From the NCBI GenBank assembly GCA_020161315.1, contig JAIUOH010000001.1, positions 37,620 to 101,619 on the forward strand: DNA of 64,000 nt. Reading direction: 5' to 3'. Positions 56,206-64,000 of this stretch are shown one piece after another. This stretch comes from Actinomycetota bacterium. GTDB taxonomy: Bacteria; Actinomycetota; Actinomycetes; Actinomycetales; Microbacteriaceae. The stretch's first letter is position 1, and the number at the start of each line of letters is the position of its first letter. A program made the translations under genes and the position numbers. The notes under the pieces are model-generated. The model was not told the origin of the DNA. It was given only the letters and a program-made list of their open reading frames with translations, and did no database searches.

Positions 56206-57435
56206 ATGCACGTCATAATCATCGGGGCCGGGCTCGCGGGCCTCACCGCTGCGTGGGAATTGCGAAAGTCGGGGCATCGCTGCACCGTGCTCGAGGCGCG
56301 GGATCGGGTGGGTGGCCGCACATGGTCGCAGCGGCTTGGCAATGGCGAAGTTACCGAGCGCGGGGGAGAGTACATTTTCCCGACCGAGTTCGCGATCCGG
56401 CGCTTGGCCGCCGAAGTGCGGGTGCCGATTATGACGCACAACGTGCGGTACGGGCGCCGCACTGTGAACGACCTAGTCATCTCTGCCGATGAACTCGCAG
56501 CAACCAGCGAGCATGTGCGAAGTACGCTGGAGCAGATGATTGCCGACGGCGACTCGCGCGTGTCGCTCGAACGCGCCTTCGCCGAAGCGCTTGGCGAGGG
56601 GTATCGTCTGAACCCGGTGTATCGACGGGTGACGACATCGGCCGCCGCCGACCCTGATTTGATCAGCGCTGAGGCGGTGCTGTTGTTCGAGTCTTCGACT
56701 GTTGACGGTTACATCGAAGACGGTGGTCGCCTCGTCGGGGGCAACCAGGCCCTCACGCTCGAGATCGCGAAGACGCTTGGAAGCAGCGTTCGACTCGAGC
56801 ATCCGGTCGCCGCGGTTGAGCAGTCGGGTTCTGGAGCGCAGGTCACGCTTGTTGATGGGACGAGGATCGACGCTGACGCGGTGGTGATCGCGGTGCCGCT
56901 GCCGCTGCTGCGAGAGCTTGATATCAATTTCGACCTGCCTGAGCAGCAGCAGCGCGCGTTGGACCACCGCTTTATGGGGGTGGCTGCGAAGCTCGGAGTG
57001 CCATTGTCAAACGTCGACAACGACGTGGCGCTGCAGAACGCCGAGCACACGTGGTGGTCATGGCGCTCGCTTTCGACCGATGGACAGCATCGCATCAATG
57101 CGCTCTCATGCTTTGCGGGCGGGCCATTTGCGCTTGCCGATCTCGACACCGAGCACGGCGCTGCGCGCTGGGTCGGCGCCTTGCAACAGATGCGACCGCA
57201 GTTGCAGATTGACGGGGATGTCTTGCTGACAGACTGGAGGAAGGATCCCTGGTCACAGGGGTCGTACTCCGCGCCGGGCCTTGACTGGAGTAGGGCTGAT
57301 GCCGATGCGTTTGAACGGTCTGTGGGGCGAGTGGCGTTCGCGGGTGAACACACGGGTCTTGCGCAATCTCTGTCGGGCGCAGTTGCCTCTGGGTACCGAG
57401 CCGTGACCGCCCTTGAGCGGGAGCCGCGTCTATGA
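56206..57435 (+). CDS. Flavin monoamine oxidase family protein
   Basis: IIGAGLAGL, EARDRVGGR, DPWSQGSY and FAGEHT..GAVASG; AAGGAGG RBS. Confidence 0.92.
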   Translation: MHVIIIGAGLAGLTAAWELRKSGHRCTVLEARDRVGGRTWSQRLGNGEVTERGGEYIFPTEFAIRRLAAEVRVPIMTHNVRYGRRTVNDLVISADELAATSEHVRSTLEQMIADGDSRVSLERAFAEALGEGYRLNPVYRRVTTSAAADPDLISAEAVLLFESSTVDGYIEDGGRLVGGNQALTLEIAKTLGSSVRLEHPVAAVEQSGSGAQVTLVDGTRIDADAVVIAVPLPLLRELDINFDLPEQQQRALDHRFMGVAAKLGVPLSNVDNDVALQNAEHTWWSWRSLSTDGQHRINALSCFAGGPFALADLDTEHGAARWVGALQQMRPQLQIDGDVLLTDWRKDPWSQGSYSAPGLDWSRADADAFERSVGRVAFAGEHTGLAQSLSGAVASGYRAVTALEREPRL

Positions 57436-57463
57436 GCTGGAGTCATGCGACGGGTCTGAATCG

Positions 57464-58591
57464 ATGACGTTCACCGTCGCCTCGCTGCTCGCCTTGCCTG
57501 AGCTGCAAACAGTCTCGCTGACTCCGGGGGTCGGATTGGATCGCCAGATCACGTGGGCTCATGTCTGTGAGCTGCCCGATCCGTGGAGTTGGCTGGGCCA
57601 GGGAGCGCTCGTGATGACTACGGGCCTTGCGTTTCCGGCAGGCCCAGACGAGCAGTGCTCCTACTTCGACGGTTTACATCGTGCTGGTATCTCTGCAGTG
57701 ACGTTCGATGAGCAGATGCCGGCACATCCGCTTACCGACGAGGCAATCGAGCACGCCAAGCAGATTGGATTTCCGATCTTGCGTACCGCACACGAAGTTC
57801 GATTCGTCTCTATCGCGATGGTTGTTGCCGAGGCGCTGCAGCGGCAGCACAACACCCGCTTGCGTGAGGCCGAGCAACTGTACGGCTCGCTGCTGCTTTC
57901 GGAGCTTTGCGATGGATCGGTGCCGTCGGCTCCGGCCACCAGGCTAGTGTCTACCTATGACCTGACTCCCCCATACCTGCTCGCTGCGGCATCGCCAGAC
58001 GAGCCGCACCTCGCGTTCGACGAAACCTACGCCGCCTTCAACCGTGCTGGGCTTCCGGTGCTTGCTGCGATCAAAGATGACCAGCTCCTGATTCTCATTG
58101 AGAGCGCTGGCGCCGAGCGTGTGTTGGGAACCCTTTCTGGGCGCTGCGGCAGCTTCGGAGTGAGCGCGCCCCTCTACCGGGTCGACGAGCTTCCCAGCGC
58201 AATGCGCCAGGCCCGGAGCGCTCTCATCCGCAACCACCAACCAGGAAGCGTGCTTCGTTTCGACGAGCACGAGCCGGGGTCGCTCTTCCTGCCGAATGAT
58301 CCTGAGCAGTTGCGTGGGATCGCTCGCCAGGTGCTAGGTCCACTGCGCACCTATGATGAACAGCGCGGCACTTCGCTCACGCACACTCTCACGGTGTTTC
58401 TTGAAGAGAACCGAAGCTGGATCAGGGCGGCGGAGCGCCTCTTCGTGCACCGGCAGACTCTGATCGCGAGAGTCTCGCGCATTGAGAAGATCATCAATCG
58501 TGACCTTTCGTCAATGGAGGATACTGCGGAGTGCTGGCTCGCAATTCAGGCGGCGATCAGCTGCGGCGACCTCGATCCAACTCCGCGATAG
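57464..58591 (+). CDS. PucR-family transcriptional regulator
   Basis: ITWAHVCELPDPWSWL..LVMTTG and C-terminal AAERLFVHRQTL HTH. Confidence 0.9.
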   Translation: MTFTVASLLALPELQTVSLTPGVGLDRQITWAHVCELPDPWSWLGQGALVMTTGLAFPAGPDEQCSYFDGLHRAGISAVTFDEQMPAHPLTDEAIEHAKQIGFPILRTAHEVRFVSIAMVVAEALQRQHNTRLREAEQLYGSLLLSELCDGSVPSAPATRLVSTYDLTPPYLLAAASPDEPHLAFDETYAAFNRAGLPVLAAIKDDQLLILIESAGAERVLGTLSGRCGSFGVSAPLYRVDELPSAMRQARSALIRNHQPGSVLRFDEHEPGSLFLPNDPEQLRGIARQVLGPLRTYDEQRGTSLTHTLTVFLEENRSWIRAAERLFVHRQTLIARVSRIEKIINRDLSSMEDTAECWLAIQAAISCGDLDPTPR

Positions 58592-58654
58592 GGCGCCGGG
58601 CAACATCGGGCAGCCTCCGTGCGCCACCGCCACGAAATGCAGCGGCAGGCGCAA

Positions 58655-59536
58655 TCAACCGAAGATCATCGGCCGGTCGTAGTCGTCTTCGAAGGTGTCG
58701 CCAAGCAGCGTCGGGTCGATGTCGCAGACCACGGGCACGTGGTCGCTCGGGCCGTCTCCCTTGCGCTCCTCGCGGTGAATCGACGCAGCGGTCACCGTGT
58801 CGGCGAACGCCTGCGACCCCATGATGAAGTCGATGCGCATGCCCTCGTTCTTCTGAAAGCGGCCCGCCTTGTAATCCCAGAACGTGAACTCCTCGGGCAC
58901 GAGCGGGCGCACCACATCTTGCACGGTCGGCGAGAAGCTCGCAAACATCGAACGCTCGTCGGGTGAGACGTGCGTGCTGAGCCCCTCAGTAAACGTCGGG
59001 TCGCCCATGTCGGCGGCAAACGGGGCAATGTTCCAGTCGCCCATCAGGGCAAGCGGCAGCTCGGGGTTTTCGCTGATCCAACGCTCTGCGTTATTTCGCA
59101 GCGCCTGAAGCCACTCGAGCTTGTATGCAAAATGCGGGTCATCGAGTGAGCGGCCGTTGGGCACGTAGAGGCTCCAGAGGCGCAGGTCGCCGACGGTCAC
59201 GCCGAGTGCACGCGCCTCGAGCGGCAGGCCGTTCGGGCCCTCGCCCTGCACGGCCTCTTGCCCCTTGATCGGCTTGCCGAAGCCGGGCATGCCCTCGAAA
59301 CCGCGCGAGACGTCGGTCATCTCGTGGCGGCTCGCGAAGGCGACGCCGTTCCACTGGTTGAGGCCGTGAATCTCGAGGTGGTAGCCGGCCTGCTCAAACA
59401 GCTCGACGGGAAATTGCTCGGGCTTACACTTGATCTCTTGCATCGCTAGCACGTCGATGTCTTCGCGCACGAGCCAGTCGACCACGCGGGGGGCTCGAGT
59501 GCGAATGGAGTTGACGTTCCAGGTGGCGATGCGCAT
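58655..59536 (-). CDS. xth: Exodeoxyribonuclease III
   Basis: MRIATWNVNS, QEIK, YVPNG, GDWN, RID and SDHVPV motifs. Confidence 0.96.
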   Translation of the reverse strand: MRIATWNVNSIRTRAPRVVDWLVREDIDVLAMQEIKCKPEQFPVELFEQAGYHLEIHGLNQWNGVAFASRHEMTDVSRGFEGMPGFGKPIKGQEAVQGEGPNGLPLEARALGVTVGDLRLWSLYVPNGRSLDDPHFAYKLEWLQALRNNAERWISENPELPLALMGDWNIAPFAADMGDPTFTEGLSTHVSPDERSMFASFSPTVQDVVRPLVPEEFTFWDYKAGRFQKNEGMRIDFIMGSQAFADTVTAASIHREERKGDGPSDHVPVVCDIDPTLLGDTFEDDYDRPMIFG

Positions 59537-59607
59537 GCCCTCAAGCGTAGCGCCCGCCGGTTCTTACGTTTGATTTCTGCGCGAGGATCGCCCCCACGCC
59601 TGCGCCG

Positions 59608-60066
59608 TCAGCTCGCTGCGGGGGCGAGGTCGTAGGTAACCCACGGCGTCTGGGTCGAAACGCGGTTGTAGAGGCTGCGCGCGACCTCGTTGTCTGCCGC
59701 CGTGATCCACCGCACCACGGTCGCGCCCTCGTCGCGTGCGATCTCGGCGAGGCGGGTCAGCAGCGCGCTGCCGACACCGTGACCTCGCGCGTCCGCCGAG
59801 GTGAAGAGGTCGTCGAGAAAGATGCCGTGCGATGCCGAGAGGGGCCGCGCGAAGGTGCGGTAGTGCGCGATCCCTGCAGGCACGCCGTCAACGAGCGCAA
59901 CGAGTCCGCGGGTCTCATGTGAAGCGTTGTGCAGCCACGACCATACGGTGTCGATGGCGTCATCGCTGTGCACCACCTTGTAGAAGTCGCGGTAGCCGCG
60001 ATAGAGCACGCGCCAGGCCTCACGGTCTGCTTCGGTGACGGCTCGTACGACGACCTCGTTGCTCAT
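59608..60066 (-). CDS. GNAT-family acetyltransferase
   Basis: LDDLFT..ARGHGVGSALL..WITAADN..ARSLY; GAAGGAG RBS. Confidence 0.9.
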   Translation of the reverse strand: MSNEVVVRAVTEADREAWRVLYRGYRDFYKVVHSDDAIDTVWSWLHNASHETRGLVALVDGVPAGIAHYRTFARPLSASHGIFLDDLFTSADARGHGVGSALLTRLAEIARDEGATVVRWITAADNEVARSLYNRVSTQTPWVTYDLAPAAS

Positions 60067-60171
60067 TTTCGCTCCTTCGCGTATTGCGGGTGATGGTGCC
60101 ATCATATGGGTCGCCCGACGGGGGCAACCCGCAGCGTTGTAGTGACGAGGATCGCGGACCGCGCTCGCCGT

Positions 60172-61422
60172 CTACTTTGTTCGCAGCTCGCGCAGTTCTT
60201 CGCTTCGCCCGAGAATTTGGGGGTGAAGCGCGAGCACGAGATTTGAGATGGTTGGGGCCGACGAGATCGACGTGCCGAGTACCTCTTCGGCGCGAGAGAG
60301 CCTGTATCGCACGGTGTTCGGGTGCACGAAGAGCGCGTCGGCGGCAACGGCGATGTTTTGTTCTGCAGCGAGGTAGGTGATGAGCGTGTCGAGCAGGGCG
60401 GTCTGCTCGAGGGGAGCGAGCAGTTGCTTAATGTGCTCTTGAAGTGCGCGCTGGTCAACGTGCGAGAGCATCCAGGTGGTGAGATCGATGCGGTCGATGC
60501 GTACGGGGTGGCTGAGCGTGCTGCTCGGGTGTGCGCCCGCGCGGCTCCTTGCGATGCCGAGCGCGGTTTCGGCCTCGCGCACCGAGGCTGGCACCTGGGC
60601 GAGCGCAGAGAAGGGGGCCGACGCCCCTACGAGCATCTTGCCAGCGAGCGAGTCGATCCACTGCTCGCTCGCCGCGGTGTCTTGCACGAGGGCGGCGACG
60701 GTTGCGGGCGCGTCTACCTCGACCCGGCGAAGCATGATGAGCAAGGGTAGGCCTTCAGCTCGGGCCGTGGTGAGTAGGGACATGGTGTGAGACTCGTGTG
60801 CTGAGTCTTCGTCTGTGGGGCTGCATTCGAGCGCGCGCAGCCCGGTGTAAGCCGGAAACCGAAACTGGCTGAGCCTTGCCCAGAATCGGTGCTCGCGGGC
60901 GGGCAGAATGCCGTCGTGCAGTGACGCGAGCAGCTGTTCGTTATCGCGCCTGTCGCGCTGGGTCGCACCGTGCTGAATGCCGTAGACCGCACCGAGCAGG
61001 CGCTCGGCGGTGTCGAGTAGCACCTCGCCTACCTCGTCGAGGGTGTGATGGCCGCGACTTGCGATGGCGATGACGTGAATGCCGTCGCGCAGGGCGACTC
61101 GCCTGGTACGCACGAACCAGCGCCCGATCTCGAGCGAGAGGTCTTGCTGGTTGGTGGCCTGAATTTCGTTCCAGATCAACTGCGACGGTGCTTCGCCGGT
61201 GCTGGCGATCACGCTGCCCTCGAAGTCGTAGATGATTGCCGTACCGCGGCACAGCACACCCAGGCGGTTCACGAGGGTGCGCACGGGATCGAGCGAAGAG
61301 ACTGCCCCGAGCAAGCTATTGGTGATGTCGAGCTGAGTCTGCGCTCGAGCGAGCTGCTTCTCGACGGTCTCGGGAGTTTCGGCGCGAGAGGCGTTTTCTG
61401 GGTATTTTTGTGCCGTCACCAT
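60172..61422 (-). CDS. PucR/CdaR-family transcriptional regulator
   Basis: C-terminal AADALFVHPNTVRYRL HTH; start uncertain (ATG 61422 chosen). Confidence 0.85.
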   Translation of the reverse strand: MVTAQKYPENASRAETPETVEKQLARAQTQLDITNSLLGAVSSLDPVRTLVNRLGVLCRGTAIIYDFEGSVIASTGEAPSQLIWNEIQATNQQDLSLEIGRWFVRTRRVALRDGIHVIAIASRGHHTLDEVGEVLLDTAERLLGAVYGIQHGATQRDRRDNEQLLASLHDGILPAREHRFWARLSQFRFPAYTGLRALECSPTDEDSAHESHTMSLLTTARAEGLPLLIMLRRVEVDAPATVAALVQDTAASEQWIDSLAGKMLVGASAPFSALAQVPASVREAETALGIARSRAGAHPSSTLSHPVRIDRIDLTTWMLSHVDQRALQEHIKQLLAPLEQTALLDTLITYLAAEQNIAVAADALFVHPNTVRYRLSRAEEVLGTSISSAPTISNLVLALHPQILGRSEELRELRTK

Positions 61423-61481
61423 GAGAACCTGTCGTTCATTTGTGCGAAACAGAGGTTCAGGGGCCGCTGTTGTCGGATTTT

Positions 61482-61496
61482 TTGTAAATTCTACAA
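61482..61496. promoter_or_regulatory. Candidate PucR/CdaR operator TTGTA-N5-TACAA
   Basis: TTGTAAATTCTACAA in the divergent regulator/hydantoinase intergenic region. Confidence 0.5.
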
Positions 61497-61592
61497 TCGA
61501 CACCCGTGAATGCTGAGATTTCTCTAGTGACCGTGCTCAGCGCGGGCGTCATCGTTGAGCTACGGAATCAACGACGAACTCCAGGAGGGGCA

Positions 61593-63632
61593 ATGAGCAG
61601 TGTCCGTGTCGCAGTAGACGTGGGTGGTACTTTTACCGACGTCTGCATCTTCGACGACGAGACCCAGCAGATGCGGGTCACGAAGGTGCCATCAACACCA
61701 CACGACCCGATGATCGCGGTCATGAACGGCGTAGAGCGTGGCGAGATCGATCTGAACGAGGTGAAGCTGTTCTCGCACGGCACCACCGTCGCGACGAACG
61801 CCCTCATCACGCGCAACTTTCCGGCGGCGGCCCTCGTCACCACGAAGGGCTTTCGCGACGTGCTTGAGATTCGCGACGGCACGAAAGATGATCTTTGGGA
61901 CGCATACAATGACGTCTCGGAGCCGTACATTCGGCGCCGCGACCGCTTCGAGGTCAACGAGCGCATTGACTACACAGGCCGCACTATCGTGCCGCTCGAT
62001 GAGACCGAGGCACGCGAACTCGCAGAGCTGTTGAAGCGCCGCGGGGTCAAGACCATCGCGGTCTGCTTCGTGAACTCATACGCAGACCCGCGTCACGAGA
62101 GCCGCATGCGCGAGATTCTCGAAGAGGTCATTCCAGACGCAACGGTATCGACCTCGGCCGAGATCTTGCCCGAGATCTTTGAGTACCCGCGCTTCAACAC
62201 CGCAGTCTCGAACGCGGTGCTCGCGCCGCTCGTTTCGGGCTACGTCAACCGCCTCGCGAGCGAGCTGAAAGACGGCGGCTACCAGGGCGACCTGCTGCTG
62301 CTGCACTCGGGCGGCGGATCGATGACTCCGCGCATGGTTGAGAAGTTTCCGGTCAGGCTTGCGGCCTCGGGCATCGCCGCCGGCGCAATCTCGGCGAAGC
62401 ACATTGCCCAGCAGTGCGGCTACGAGAACGCGGTCAGCCTCGACATGGGCGGCACCTCGACCGATATCGCACTCGTGGCGGGCGGCGAGCTTCGCGTCTC
62501 GCAGGAGTGGCAGGTCGAGTACGGCCACCCGATCATCTTCCCCTCGATCGAGGTGCTGACGATCGGTGCCGGTGGCGGCTCGCTCGCGCACATCGACATC
62601 GCGGGCTCGCTGCGAAACGGCCCGCAATCGGCCGGCGCCGATCCCGGCCCCGCGTGCTACGACACGGGTGGCGACCAGCCCACGAACACCGACGCAAACG
62701 TGGTGCTCGGGCGCCTCGGCACCTCGCTCGCGGGTGGCGTGAAGCAGCTCAACAAGTCGCTCTCTGAAGAGGCGATTCGCCGGGTTATCGCTGAGCCGCT
62801 CGGAATGGGCCTTGAAGAGGCCGCGCAGGCGATCGTCTCGGTTGCAAACGCCAACATGGCAGACGCGGTGCGACTCGTCTCGATTCGCCGCGGTTACGAC
62901 CCACGCGACTTTGCCCTGCTCGCCTTCGGTGGCGCGGGTGCGCTGCACGGCGCAGACGTTGCTCGTGAGCTTGGCATTCCGACTGTCGTGGTGCCGCCGA
63001 ACCCAGGCGTGACCTCGGCGATGGGCTGCCTGCTCGTTGATATTCAGCACGACCTCGCGCAGATGTACACGGGCCTGGCGTCGTCGGCAGACGAAGAGGG
63101 CATCGAAGAGGCGTTCGTTGGCCTCGAGACTGAGGCCGCGGCGCGACTTCGTCACGAGGGTGTTTCGCAAGAGAACGCTATGCTGCAGCGCAAGATCTCG
63201 ATGCGCTACTCGGGTCAGTGGCGTTCGCTGCAGGTGCCGATGGGCACCGGCCCCGGCGCGCTAGCGCGCGCGGTGCAGACGTTCCACGAGCAGTACGAGC
63301 GTGAGTTCTCGTTCCGTCAAGACGATGCCCCGGTTGAGGTTTACCAGCTGCACCTGACGGCAGTCGGCAAGACCCCGAAGCCGGCGTTCCGCCCCGCAGA
63401 GCTCGTCGCGCAGGGCGCGCCGGCCGCTCACGAGCGTCGCAACGTCTACTTCGGAACGCACGGCTGGGTCGACACCCCGGTGTACGAGCGCGACGAACTC
63501 GCCGCGGGTACCTCGTTCGAAGGCCCCGCCATCATTAACCAGCTCGACTCCACCACCGTCGTGCCCCCGGCCACCCGCGCCGAGATCGATGAGTGGCTCA
63601 ACATTCGCATCTACCTCGAGGGAGGCAACTGA
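61593..63632 (+). CDS. Hydantoinase/5-oxoprolinase subunit A
   Basis: VDVGGTFTD, HGTTVATN, DMGGTSTD, IGAGGGS and GPQSAGADPGPACY; AGGAGG RBS. Confidence 0.94.
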   Translation: MSSVRVAVDVGGTFTDVCIFDDETQQMRVTKVPSTPHDPMIAVMNGVERGEIDLNEVKLFSHGTTVATNALITRNFPAAALVTTKGFRDVLEIRDGTKDDLWDAYNDVSEPYIRRRDRFEVNERIDYTGRTIVPLDETEARELAELLKRRGVKTIAVCFVNSYADPRHESRMREILEEVIPDATVSTSAEILPEIFEYPRFNTAVSNAVLAPLVSGYVNRLASELKDGGYQGDLLLLHSGGGSMTPRMVEKFPVRLAASGIAAGAISAKHIAQQCGYENAVSLDMGGTSTDIALVAGGELRVSQEWQVEYGHPIIFPSIEVLTIGAGGGSLAHIDIAGSLRNGPQSAGADPGPACYDTGGDQPTNTDANVVLGRLGTSLAGGVKQLNKSLSEEAIRRVIAEPLGMGLEEAAQAIVSVANANMADAVRLVSIRRGYDPRDFALLAFGGAGALHGADVARELGIPTVVVPPNPGVTSAMGCLLVDIQHDLAQMYTGLASSADEEGIEEAFVGLETEAAARLRHEGVSQENAMLQRKISMRYSGQWRSLQVPMGTGPGALARAVQTFHEQYEREFSFRQDDAPVEVYQLHLTAVGKTPKPAFRPAELVAQGAPAAHERRNVYFGTHGWVDTPVYERDELAAGTSFEGPAIINQLDSTTVVPPATRAEIDEWLNIRIYLEGGN

Positions 63633-64000
63633 TGAATACGCCAATTGCTGGCCGTGAGCTTGATCCGGTTACGTTCGAGGTGCTGAAGAACGCCTTCGCC
63701 ACGAGCGTTGACCTGATGAGCGAGCAGATTCTGCGCACCTGCTACTCGTTCGTGATTTACTCGCGCGACTTCTCGTCGGCGCTCTGCGACAAGAACGGCA
63801 ACACCGTGATGCAGGGCTCTGCAGACATCGCGGTGCACGTCGGCACGCTGCACTTTCAGTGCAAGTCGGTAATCGACGAGTTCGGCGACGACATTCACGA
63901 AGGCGACGTCTTCGCGGTGAACGACCCCTACCGCGGCGGTACGCACCTGAACGACGTCTCATTCATTCGCCCGGTGTTCTCTGAGGGGCGCATCATCGCC
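63632..64000 (+). CDS. Hydantoinase B/oxoprolinase subunit (5' part, runs off the window)
   Basis: TGATG coupling; MNTPIAGRELDPVTFEVL..RDFSSAL..NDPYRGGTHLND. Confidence 0.92.
   Translation, partial: MNTPIAGRELDPVTFEVLKNAFATSVDLMSEQILRTCYSFVIYSRDFSSALCDKNGNTVMQGSADIAVHVGTLHFQCKSVIDEFGDDIHEGDVFAVNDPYRGGTHLNDVSFIRPVFSEGRIIA

Overview
High-GC actinobacterial chromosome, most likely Microbacteriaceae (Leucobacter/Microbacterium-like, inferred from gene content and order). Left part (1-22.8 kb): siderophore-interacting protein, aspartate aminotransferase, malate synthase G with an IclR regulator, the menaquinone cluster (menE, menA, menD, menF, menG, polyprenyl synthase), fprA, a repeat-flanked AbiEi/DUF559-like nuclease gene, holB and a secreted peptidase. 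Centre (22906-39072): an apparently complete 16.1 kb mini-siphovirus prophage in tRNA-Thr(CGT), bounded by a 40-bp attL/attR duplication. The main result is its genetic switch. The repressor ORF runs through the att core, so the integrated form ends -LYEGTALPLS (stop inside the antisense tRNA), while the reconstructed excised form ends -LYKVESCPDFVPAWMVQAVAR and is coupled to an operon of zinc-finger gene, HTH gene and integrase. The short integrase ends in an ssrA-like -LAA. This matches integration-dependent immunity as described in mycobacteriophages BPs and Brujita. Extra features seen here: a wobble-position mismatch between attL and attR, two genes between attP and int (one frameshifted), and twin GTCAA-N7-TTGAC sites bracketing the int cassette. 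Right part (39-64 kb): a sortase-anchored protein, two two-component systems, ABC transporters, a polyamine uptake/oxidation cluster, xth, PucR regulators and a hydantoinase/oxoprolinase operon cut by the window edge. All family calls are by motif recognition; no database search was run.
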